From: the human T2T-CHM13v2.0 reference genome, Homo sapiens
Direction: 5' to 3' (one strand)
NCBI RefSeq assembly: GCF_009914755.1
Contig: NC_060925.1
Length of the DNA: 64,000 nucleotides
Below, one piece after another: positions 45,722 through 55,928 of this stretch. The notes under the pieces were generated by a model that was given only the letters and a program-made list of their open reading frames with translations, ran no database searches and was not told the DNA's origin. Positions within the stretch are counted from its first letter, which is position 1; each line of letters opens with the position of its first letter. A program made the position numbers and the translations under genes.

Positions 45722-46095
45722 AACACACTAGTTTGCTAGGGCCTCCATAACAAAGTACCATACACTGCGGGGTGTAAACAACAGTGTGTATTTTCTCAGA
45801 GCTCTGGAGGCTGGAAGTCCAAGACCAGGGATTCAGCAGGGTGGGTTCCTTTGGAGGCCCCTGTCCTTGGCTTATGGATGCCGTCTTCATCCTGTGTCCT
45901 CCTGTGGCCTTCCCTCTGCAAGTGTCTGAGTCTTAATCCCCTCTCTCATGAGAACACCAGGTACGTTGGTGTAAGGCTCACCCTGGTGACCTCATTTTAC
46001 TGAATTACCTCTGTAAAGACCCTTTCTCCAAACAGCCACATTCTGAGGTCCTGGGAGTTAGGATTCCATCATACAAATTTGGGGTTAGGAGGTAC
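45722..46095. mobile_element. MLT1 (B/C-like) MaLR LTR
   Basis: tagtttgctagggcctccataacaaagtacca...ctggaggctggaagtccaag...gccacattctgaggtcctggg. Confidence 0.8.
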
Positions 46096-46376
46096 AGCCT
46101 GAGCAATCTCACCCACCCACAGGGCTCCAGTTACCTCCAAATGCAAATGACTCCCAGTTTTAAATCCCACACCCAGAACTCTTGATGGGATTTCTCTCCA
46201 TGCCCTGAGGCATTCAGCCCAAAGGAAGCCACTGTCTTCTGCATTCTTCTCTTCTGTGTCCCCTGTGGCCAGTGGCCCCCAGCCAATGTGACCCTTCATC
46301 CTCCTGACTCTGCCCCCTCCACACCTTCCCGAAACAAATATGGTCACATTCTGAGGTCCTGAAAGTTAGGATGTCA

Positions 46377-46513
46377 GGCAAAGTGCAGTGGCTCCCACCT
46401 GTAATCCCTCCACTTTGGGAGGCTGAAGTGGGTGGATTGGTTGAGCCCATAAGTTGGAGATCAGCCTGGGCCATATAGTGAGACCCCATCTTTATTTTAA
46501 AGAAATATTTTTT
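46377..46513 (+). mobile_element. Alu left monomer (FLAM-like), target of the L1 insertion; tail resumes at 47043-47110
   Basis: gcagtggctcccacctgtaatccc...gagaccccatct; flanked by degenerate TSD aaagttaggatgtca (46362) / agagttcggacatca (47111) inside an MLT1 end. Confidence 0.85.
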
Positions 46514-47044
46514 AATTATACTTTAAGTTTTAGGGTACATGTGCACAATGTGCAGGTTAGTTACATATGTATACATGTGCCATGCTGGTGTGCTGCACCC
46601 ATTAACTCGTCATTTAGCATTACGTATATCTCCTAATGCTATCCCTCCCCCCTCCCCCCACCCCACAACAGTCCCCAGAGTGTGATGTTCCCCTTCCTGT
46701 GTCCATGTGTTCTCATTGTTCAATTCCCACCTATGAGTGAGAACATTCGGTGTTTGGTTTTTTGTCCTTGCGATAGTTTACTGAGAATGATGATTTCCAA
46801 TTTCATCCATGTCCCTACAAAGGACATGAACTCATCATTTTTTATGGCTGCATAGTATTCCATGGTGTGTATGTGCCACATTTTCTGAATCCAGTCTATC
46901 ATTGTTGGACATTTGGGTTGGTTCCAAGTCTTTGCTATTGTGAATAGTGCCGCAATAAACATACGTGTGCATGTGTCCTTATAGCAGCATGATTTATTGT
47001 CCTTTGGGTATATACCCAGTAATGGGATGGCTGGGTCAAATGGT
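46514..47044 (-). mobile_element. 5'-truncated young L1 (L1PA2/PA3-like): ORF2 C-terminus and 3'UTR
   Basis: Minus-strand translation PFDPAIPLLGIYPKD...MKLEIIILSKLSQGQKTKHRMFSLIGGN is the L1 ORF2 end. The 3'UTR carries the older GAG (aatgacgagttaatgg) and aaacttaaag forms rather than the Ta ACA form. Confidence 0.95.
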
Positions 47045-47274
47045 TTGAGATCAGCCTGGGCAATATAGTGAGACCCCATCTTTATTTTAAAGAAATATTT
47101 TTTAAAAAATAGAGTTCGGACATCAACATATGTATTTTGAGAGACACAACTCCTTCCATAGTAGTGCCCCTGAGACTTAGAGACTCTAAGGCCAGTTCCT
47201 CTGGCTCCCCAAAAGTAGGGCAGCTGGGGACCAGGGCAGCTGTGCCCTGTGACCCTATAAAACTCTCTGCCCAT

Positions 47275-47885
47275 CAGCAGTGGCAATGAACAAGCTGAAC
47301 AAGCTGCAACTACACACGACAATGTGGATGAAGTGCCCAGGCTGGAGGGAGGGCAGAAGAATCCAATCAGAAAGAAACTCGTGCTGCCTTGGGTCCAGGC
47401 ACACAGAGCCCACCATGGTCACCCTGGGAGTGGAGGAGCCTGGAGGGATTACAAGAGCATTTTGGGGTGCTGGAGATGTTCCTTCTCATTCTGGGGACTG
47501 ATTATGGGGCTGTGTTCAGGTTGTGAAAATCCGCTGAGCTCACTTAAGACTCGCGGACTTTTTTGCTTAGTGAATACTAGAGTACCAGCGTCAATTTCCT
47601 GGTTTTGACAATGTTCTGAGGCTAAGATGCCATTGGGAAAAGCTGGGTAAAGCGTTCATGGGAACTCTATGATTTTTGCAACTTGTGAGTCTTATGTTAT
47701 TTCAAAATTACTTTTTAAAAAATGCAACACACACAAAAAAGAATAAAAACATGACTTTTTATTGGTTTAAGGTTTTGTAACATTCCCAGCCCTGGAAGAG
47801 TTGAAATAAATTGTAAATTAAAAAAAAAAAAAAGCTGTATGCACTTTTCTATGTGTATGTTACACTTCAATTAAAAGTTAAAAAA
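47275..47885 (+). mobile_element. Old L1M 3'UTR fragments
   Basis: tggggtgctggagatgttc...gtgaaaatccgctgagct...cttttctatgtgtatgttacacttcaattaaaagtt. Confidence 0.6.
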
Positions 47886-49323
47886 AAAAAAAACCACCTC
47901 TCTGCCAGTCTCTGAGCTTATCCAAAGAAATGGGGGAGAATTGGTATTCACAAGAGCACATATTATGTGCCAGATATTTCTAGGCACTTAGCCCAAGTTA
48001 TTCCATTCATTATTCTGAAAGAGAGAGAGAGATTATTGCCTCCATTTGCAGATGAGGAAATTGAGGCTCAGAGAGTCCAAAGGAGCCCCCCAACATCACA
48101 CAGTCCCTTCAGAGCACAGCTGAGGTTCCCCCAACGACCTATGTGGTCTGCCTAAAACCCCCATTCTTGTCTCTGCCCTTGCTGGGATCACTCTGAAAAA
48201 CACCTTCCCCTCTGTCCCACCCTCCACTGCCCTGGACTGCCTTGCCCAGCCTCAGGATAAGGCACCAAGGTCCCCAATCACCCCCACTCCCACCAGCAAA
48301 GCTGCTGATGTGGGGTTTTCTAAAGAATGCCAAGCCCACCCGCCAAGCTCCCTCACTGGGATCTACCGTCGGACCATTTTACCACCAGTAATTGCAGTGC
48401 TGAGTATGCAGCTGTCCTTTGTCAGGTCTCCACAAACCCCCTGGAGCAGTTCTATGCAGGAACTATTTCCCCTACCCACCCCCCAACACATATGCGCACC
48501 CTCAGCACCAAAGTCCCCAAGATGTTTGGAGCTTGGACAAAATTAACTCATTTATCCAACCAACCCACTGAGAGGACACCTGCTTATTGTCATGGGCCCT
48601 AAAATTAACCTGGTTTATCATGTCTTCTGAATTTGGCTCAAGCAGCACTTTCAGGGATTTTCAGGCATCCAGGAATGAAATAACACCTGGAGGAACTGGA
48701 GCTAATGTCAGTAGTTCCAGCTGCAAAGATCACTTTCTAATGGACTGAGGCTGGGGCAAAGACGCAGCCACCAACCTGGGGACATCCGTGGATCTGTATT
48801 CGGTGGATATAACTGGGACTGATCTTGTCTGGGTCCTCCCAGCCCAACAGCCACCAAGAGAAAGTCACAGACCGTTCTGTAGGCAGACCGTTCATCATGG
48901 ATGGCAGAGCAGAGACTGTAGGATGCTGGTGGGTGTTCTGCCCAAAGGACTTCCGTGAGCAAACAAACTTGAGAAAATCTCCTTGCGGCAGGACTTATCA
49001 GAGCCTTTACTATGCTAGCATGCCTCCTGAGCCTCCAAGAGGGGCCCACCTAAAACAATGTTTTCCACTCTTTTCTGGAACGTTCTTCAGAGAAGTGCCG
49101 ATCTGAGGCCTTCAGCACAGATGTATCTTAGTGGTGGTTCTGGAACAAGATGGAAAACTAATGAATCTGAAGTGGTGGTAAAATGATAGGCAGGAGTATT
49201 GCTGTTTCCATGTTATAAACAGAGAAAACTGAGGCCCAGAGGGAGAGAGGAACTTGCCAGGTCAGCAGGTGAATTAGTGACAGAGCCAGCCCTAAATCTC
49301 CATCATGCGTTCTTTCCTCTGCT

Positions 49324-49733
49324 GCTATGGTTTTGATATTTATCCCTTCCAAACCTCATAGTGAAATGTGATTTCCAGTGTTGGAGGTGGGGCCTAATGG
49401 GCAGTGTTTGGGTCATGGGAGCAGATCCCTCATGAATCTCCTTCCAGGTCGGGGGTGAGTGAGTTCTGACTCTGTTACTTCCCATGACAGCTGTTTGTTA
49501 CAAAGAGCCTGGCACCTCCCTCCCTTCTCTCTTGCTTCCTCTCCTGCCAGGTGATCTCTGCACACACCGCTCCCCTTCACCTTCTGCCAGGAGTGGAAGC
49601 AGCCTGAGACCCTCACCAGACACAGATGCTGGCACCATGCTTCTTGTATACCCCGCAGAACCATGAGCCAAATAAGCTTCTTTTCTTTATAAATTACCCA
49701 AGTATTCCTGTATAGCAACACAAAAAGACTAAG
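49324..49733. mobile_element. MST-family MaLR solo LTR
   Basis: tgctatggttttgatatttatccc...cagatgctggcaccatgcttcttgtat...ttctttataaattaccca...tatagcaacacaaaaagactaag. Confidence 0.88.
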
Positions 49734-50594
49734 AATCTGCCCAGATCTGAGTTCAGGTAGGAAGAAATTTGTTCATAGAAGATTTCCAGGGCTTCCATGG
49801 TGGGAAAGAGGCAATATCCACAATCTGTACCATTCTTGGAAGGAGGAACCAACAGAGATACATCATTTTATAACATGTCTGTAATATTTGCAAAGCTCTT
49901 TCAAAATTGTTCATTAGCATTTTTCATCTTTACAATCTTTCTCTATATCTTAGGCAATAGAGCCCCATTTTTAAAATGAGGCCCCTGAGCCTCAACCAGG
50001 AGACATGATTTGCCCAAGGTCACAGGTTTCATGTATCATGGATGGCAGAGCAGAGATTTCCTACCTGGTGGGGTTCCTCATCTCTGGCCAGCTTTCCCTT
50101 GAGGGCAGAGTCTGGGCCTGGCTCAGCTCAGTGTCCCAACACTCCCACTCCGGTGAATAAGCTATGCTGAGGGAAGTCTGGGCTCTGATGCAGAGAGACC
50201 TAGAAGAAAGCACTAATGGGGTAATTTGGGGTCCAGAGCACCAGTTCTCATGAATCTGAGGAATTCTTCCTCCTAGCTACTTCCTTCCTTTTCCCTCATT
50301 ACATCCCTGCCAAGGACAAATTCTGCCATTTGCATGGCAGGACTCCTCCAAAAAGGGGCTTCCTCCCTTTCCATTAGTAAAGGAAGAGGTTACCTGAGAC
50401 TTGACTTAACCTCCTTGAGAGGGAACATGCTTTCACTGTTGCGAATTGTTAAGTCAGGTCCAGAGTGATCCAGTCACTTATCATGAGTCATACAGTAACC
50501 AGAGGTTGAGTTGACTGAGCCAGCTTCATCCACCGGACCAGTGAGTAAGTCTCAAACCATAAAGTATGTAAGAATTGCCTTGAAAAGAAGCAGG

Positions 50595-51143
50595 TGGTGC
50601 AGAGGAGAGTGAGCAGAGCTGGCCTGAGACTGCTGTCCTTCAAAGACCTGCTTGCAAAGTGGGCCCATGTCTGGCATCTGGGAACTCGGGTTTCAGGAGG
50701 GCTCTCACCACCCTGATAAGAGTGGCTCACAATGTGTAAATGGTGTGTACAGACAATGTGGCTTATGCCAAACTCCTGCTTTCCTTCTGAAAGTCTGGAA
50801 TCTGGGTATGTGCCAGGCAGAAAGTGCCTGTATAACCAGCCCCCAGGAGACTTCCTGGGCATTGAGTCTAATGCACTATGCTGGTAGACAGCTCCTCGCG
50901 CATGTTGTCATAGCTCATTGCTGGAGGAATTAAGTGAGTCCTGTGTGACTCCACGGGGAGAGGACCCTGGAAGCTTGTGCCTGGTTTCCTCTGGACTTCA
51001 CCCTATCACCTTTTCCTCTTGCTGATTTTGCTCTCTATGATTTCTCTGTAATAAATCTTACCTGTGAGTACAACTATGCTGAGACCTGTGAGTCCTCTTA
51101 ATTAATCATCAAACCTGGGGTTGGTTTGGGGACTCCTGACCCA
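50595..51143 (+). mobile_element. ERV solo LTR (MER68/MER77/MER21-like)
   Basis: ggcctgagactgctgtccttc...cctgcttgcaaagtgggccc...ctgtaataaatctta...aacctggggttggtttggggactcctgac. Family assigned from memory. Confidence 0.7.
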
Positions 51144-51179
51144 GGGAGATATTACGGTGCCGATTCTGGGTCTTCCACT

Positions 51180-51520
51180 TCCACTGTCTGAGTGTTTGTG
51201 TCCCCCAGAAATTTATACATTAAAACCTAGTCCCCAATGTGATAGAATTAGAAGGTAGGGCCTTTGGGAGGTGACCAGGATGAATGGGATTAATATTCTT
51301 ATAAAAGAGACCCCAGAGAGCTAGTTAGCCTCTTCTTCCCACCATGTGAAGAAGCTCCAAAAAGACATGATCTATGAACCGAAGAACAAGCCCTCACCAG
51401 ACACCAACATCTTGATCTTGGACTTCCCAGCCTCCAGAACGGTGAGCAATAAATCTCTGCTGTTTTTAAGCCACCCAGTTTATGGGATTTTTGTTATCAT
51501 AGCCAGAATGGACTAAGACA
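51180..51520. mobile_element. MLT1A-like MaLR LTR
   Basis: tgagtgtttgtgtcccccagaaattt...ggacttcccagcctccagaacggtgagcaataaat...aatggactaagaca. Confidence 0.85.
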
Positions 51521-53116
51521 CCCACCCCCTGAATTCTGATCCAGTGGGTCAAGTGAGGAAGCCCAGGAATCTGCATATTTGCACACACTCTGGGTGGTCC
51601 TGAGACCAGGCATCTGTGGGCCTCTCTTTGAGAAACACTGCTAGCTGGTTCTGTGATGGACATTTCAATGAGGAATGGGTGTCCAGGGAAGCTTCCTTCT
51701 CTGAAAACTTCCCTGTGTCATCTGTGCAAGACCATGGAGCAGGGGAATGGGCACTTTGGAGGTGTCTCAGCGGCACCGCATCACCACCTTTCCACTTGGT
51801 TCCTCCTCAGATAAGAGCCCAGAGCCCAGCCCTGAAGCTATTAATGCAGCAGCTTCAGTGTCCTTGTCCCGCTCCATCAGGCAGTCCCTAATCACCCTGG
51901 AAGCTGCCAGATGAAGAGGCCCAGACAGAGTTGGGGAAAGGAGGGCTAATTGGCTGCCAAGGAAACAGGGACTGATGAGAAGGAAATCAGGGTCTGAGCT
52001 GGCTCTTCCTCTCCAAGCCTCTCAATGCAGCAGGCAGGAGGAGACCCCCGCACAGAGCACAGGCTGGAGGTGGGGACAAGGTGAGATTTCATATGGGCTT
52101 TAAGAATAAAGGTTGTCCTCAGCGAAGTGGACATTACTCTCGAGGTGCTGATGGCAGCTGATAGAAATGACAGCTGTATCACTGCCAGCTTTGTATCCAC
52201 ACTGGAGAGCAGTTTGACCTCACACACACACTCAACTTCCTTCCAGTTATCCGGCTTCGGGAGCCCATGTCATTGGCTCTGCGTGTCTTAGGCTGGCGGG
52301 CACCAGCACCCACACTTTTTTTTCAGGGGCACATTGATTAATTGATTAATTCAGTGAACATTCCGTGAGCACCTGCTAAGTGCCAGGCACTGCTCTGGAC
52401 TCGAGATGCGGCCAGGAGCAAAACAGACAGAAGTCCCCACCCCTCTGAAACTGACACTCTAGTAACAGGGGTAGGCAATAAACAAAACAACTAAGTTATG
52501 TTACATATTAGCAAATACATCATCCTAAGAGGAAAGATAAAACCAAAAGGGAGGCTATGGAGTCTGGGGAGGCTGTCATTGTAATGGAGTGATGCAGAAA
52601 CCCCCACCACCTCTTATGATGGGAGGAAGAACCGGGCACCTTGTGTTCTAGCCTTGGCTTGAGAATCAAGCCAGGGAAGGCATGGAACCTGCAGCGTGGC
52701 TCCCCAGGAGCAGCCCAGAAGCAAAGGTGATTACTCTGAGAGATAAGCTGGGTCAATGCTTGCAAAGGAGCTCAGCAAACAGAGGTGACAGTGTCAACTA
52801 ATCGATGATACAACCACCCTGGCCTTGAGTTTTATAAAGGAAGCCCAGGATGACTCCTGTCTGGTCTGTGTGGCCCACCCAGAGGTTACAGACATCACAA
52901 AGGTGAGTGCCCATCCCCCATAAGCCTTATCTCCCGGTCTTTTTCAAATGGTTTTCACTGTGGTACCTCCATGCAAGCAAACATTCCATAAGGCCCTGTA
53001 CTGTGGCCACCAGTACTGAGCCAGCCACTCTGCCAAGTAAGTGCACCAGATGGATGCCCTGGCTGGGTACTCATGGCATAGGGGATACAGCAGGAGGTGT
53101 CCCACCTGACTTTCTT

Positions 53117-53498
53117 CCCAAGCACGGAGCTGGTCAAACCAGGGACATAGGAGGATCAGGGGAGTACCACCTCAGCCCAACAGAGGGACTGAGAATGTAG
53201 ACCCCCTCTTTTCTGGCTGCTGGTTCTCCTGCGGAGCATCCCCAAGCATGAAGCTGGTCAAACCAGGAACACAGGAGGATCAGGGGAGTACCACCCCAGC
53301 CCAGCAGAGGGACTGAAAACATAGACCCCCTCTTTCCTGGCTGCTGGTGCTCCCAGGGAGAGTGAGCATCTTCAAGCTTGGAGCTGGTCAAACCAGGGAC
53401 ATGGGAGGACAGGGAGAGTACCACCTCAGCCCAGCAGAGGGACTGAGAATGCAGACCCCCTCTTTCCTGGCTGCTGGTGCTCCCGGGGAGAGTGAGCA
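53117..53498. repeat. Tandem repeat, 3 copies of a 124-130 bp unit
   Basis: caagc..g.agctggtcaaaccagg...gagtaccac...cagagggactga...agaccccctcttt.ctggctgctggt starting at 53117, 53241 and 53371. Confidence 0.93.
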
Positions 53499-54370
53499 AC
53501 CCCCGTGCACTTGGCAAGGGCATGACCTTGCAGTTTCCATTAACATGGAAGACAGGATCATTAATTTCCTTATCCTAAGTCCAAGAACCAAGGCAGGGAG
53601 CAGGGAAGGGCTTCTCAAGATCCCCTGGCTGCTTCATGGCAGGGTTAGGACTGGAACCCAGGGCTCTGACCCTAAGGGTCCCCTCTGCCACCCACTGACC
53701 CAGCCAGGGCTATTTCGGGGCAGCTTGCACCTGGCCTCGAAGGCTTCTCAGAACATCTCACCTCCTAGGTCTTGGGTTTCCTGGCTCTGTCTGAGACTTG
53801 GCAGGTGACTCACCTTCTCGGAGCCTCCTTCATCACCCCCATTTTATAGACAGGGAAACTGTCCTCGTAGTGTTGCTAGCAGGATGAAATGATGTCATGG
53901 ATGCAATGTGCTTAACAAAGTGACAGAGAGTGATGTGCTCCATTACAGTATTTTTTATGATAATGATGGTGCTTATGCAGACTCTTGAGCCTCTCAGCAG
54001 GATCTTCCAGGACTTTTCTAACTTCACCATGAGTACTGCAATCAACTGACGAATCTGGCTGGCCACCCACCCTGGGTACAAGTACCATAGGATTGCAAAA
54101 AAAAAAAAAAAAAAAAAGCACGACTCTCCCAAGCTGCTCTCAAGGACCCACAGTCTGACTACAGATAAATAAGACACTCAAAGGACACAATCAGTGAGCA
54201 ACTGGGCAGTGAGCAACTGGGAACGTTGACCAGGAGCCATGAGAGGGCGGAGGTGGAGGAGAGGGAGGGGCTGCAGGGCTGATATAGGAGGGTGGGAAGG
54301 CTTCCAGCTTCATGAGAGGATTTGCTTTTAAGGAGCATGAGATTTACCCAGAAGGCTTATAAGAACTAGA

Positions 54371-54688
54371 GGCCAGGCATGGTAGCTCACACCTGTAATC
54401 CTAGCAACTCAGGAGGCTGAGGTGGGAGGATCGCTTGAGCTCAGGAGTTTGAGACCAGCCAGGAAACATAGCAAGACCCCGTCTCTACCAAAAAAAAAAA
54501 AATTAAAAAAAAAAAAAACATAGCTAGGTGTGGTGTTGTACTTGTAGTTCTAGCTACTTGGGAGGCTGAAGTGGGAGGATCGCTGGAGCCCAGGAGGTGG
54601 AGTCTGCAATGAGTCATGATCGTGCTACTGCACTCCACCCTAGGTGACAGAGCAAGAACTTGTCTCAAAAATAAAAAAAATAAATAAA
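54371..54688 (+). mobile_element. AluJ
   Basis: ggccaggcatggtagctcacacctgtaatcc...gaggatcgcttgagc...J-type right arm. Confidence 0.93.
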
Positions 54689-55632
54689 GGTACCTAGTGT
54701 CTGCCCCAAGTGATCCTGACTCTATGGCCCTAGAGAAGGGCCCAGAAACCCACCTGTATAACAAGTTCCTCAGGTAACTTTGACGCAGGTGGCTCTTCCC
54801 ATCTGTGCCTTGGACTACCCCCTGCTCCAGTCCCCAACCCCTGCCGGGCACTTCATCTCACACTTCCAAGACTTCATATTTGCAGAGTTCCCACCTCAGG
54901 GCCCTCCCTTCCCTGCCAGGCTCTGAACCAAGCACCTTTCAGAGCCCATTACACCCGCCCTGACACTCACAACCCCACCCCTGGGCACACCTGCACTACC
55001 ACACCCTTCTTGGAAGCAAAAGCACAGGCTCAGGCATCTGGCACACTTGAGGGTGGATCCCTGCTCCTCTACTGTCTTACTGTCTGGTCTTGGCCACATA
55101 AATTAACTTCTCTGAGTTTCAGTATCTTCGGCTGTAAAATGAGTATAAAACATTCCCTGAGAATGACTGTGAAGTTTGCAGGAAGCAATGTATACAAAGT
55201 GCTTGTTGCAGTAAGTATCCTGTAAATGGTAGCTAATAGATTAGGAATATTAACAAGCATAATGGCAGCCATGGCATTGGTTGGCATGCACGTCCCTCGC
55301 TCATCTGGAGATCCTCAGGGGACTGCAATAAGCCTAATGATGTCATGGAAGCAATGTGCTTAACAAAGTGACAGAGAGTGATGTGTTCCATAAGTACAGT
55401 ATTTTGTGTAACTTCTAACATTGGGCTCAATATTGAGCAGGCATTTAGTGAATGAATGAATGAATGAACTAATGCATTAATGCATATAAGGAGGTTAAAG
55501 AAGTCAGGGAAAGCTTCCAAGAAGAGGTAAAGACTGAACCAGGCTAGGGAAGTCCTGGAGGATTGGGTGGTATATAGTGAACTATGGCCTCTATTATGCC
55601 CACCAAACCTCAGTGATATACAATAAAAAGCA

Positions 55633-55928
55633 TTTTTTTGTTTTCTTGAGACAGGGTCTCGCTTTGTCACCTGAGCTGGAGTGCAATGACACAAACATGG
55701 CTCACTATAGCCTTGACTTCCTGGGCTCAGCAATCCTCTCACCTCAGCATCCCAAGTAGTTGGGACTACAGGCATGCACCACCATGCCCTACTAATTTTT
55801 GTATTTTTTGTAGAGACAGGGTTTCACCATGTTGCCTAAACTGATCTCAAATACCTGGGCTCAAGCAATCCACCAGCTTTGACTTCCCAGAGTGCTGGGA
55901 TTACAGGTGAGAGCTACCACGCCCAGCC
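55633..55928 (-). mobile_element. AluJ
   Basis: gagacagggtctcgc...cctgggctcaagcaatcc...ccacgcccagcc; TSD-like aaaaagcattt on both sides. Confidence 0.93.

Noticed and set aside
46720-47322. 200-aa minus-strand ORF
   Set aside because: The C-terminal part is L1 ORF2 and the N-terminal part is chance read-through of the Alu-derived duplication and flank; not a gene.
53117-53498. CRISPR-like repeat/spacer array
   Set aside because: Whole units are duplicated with no unique spacers; eukaryotic DNA with no cas genes.
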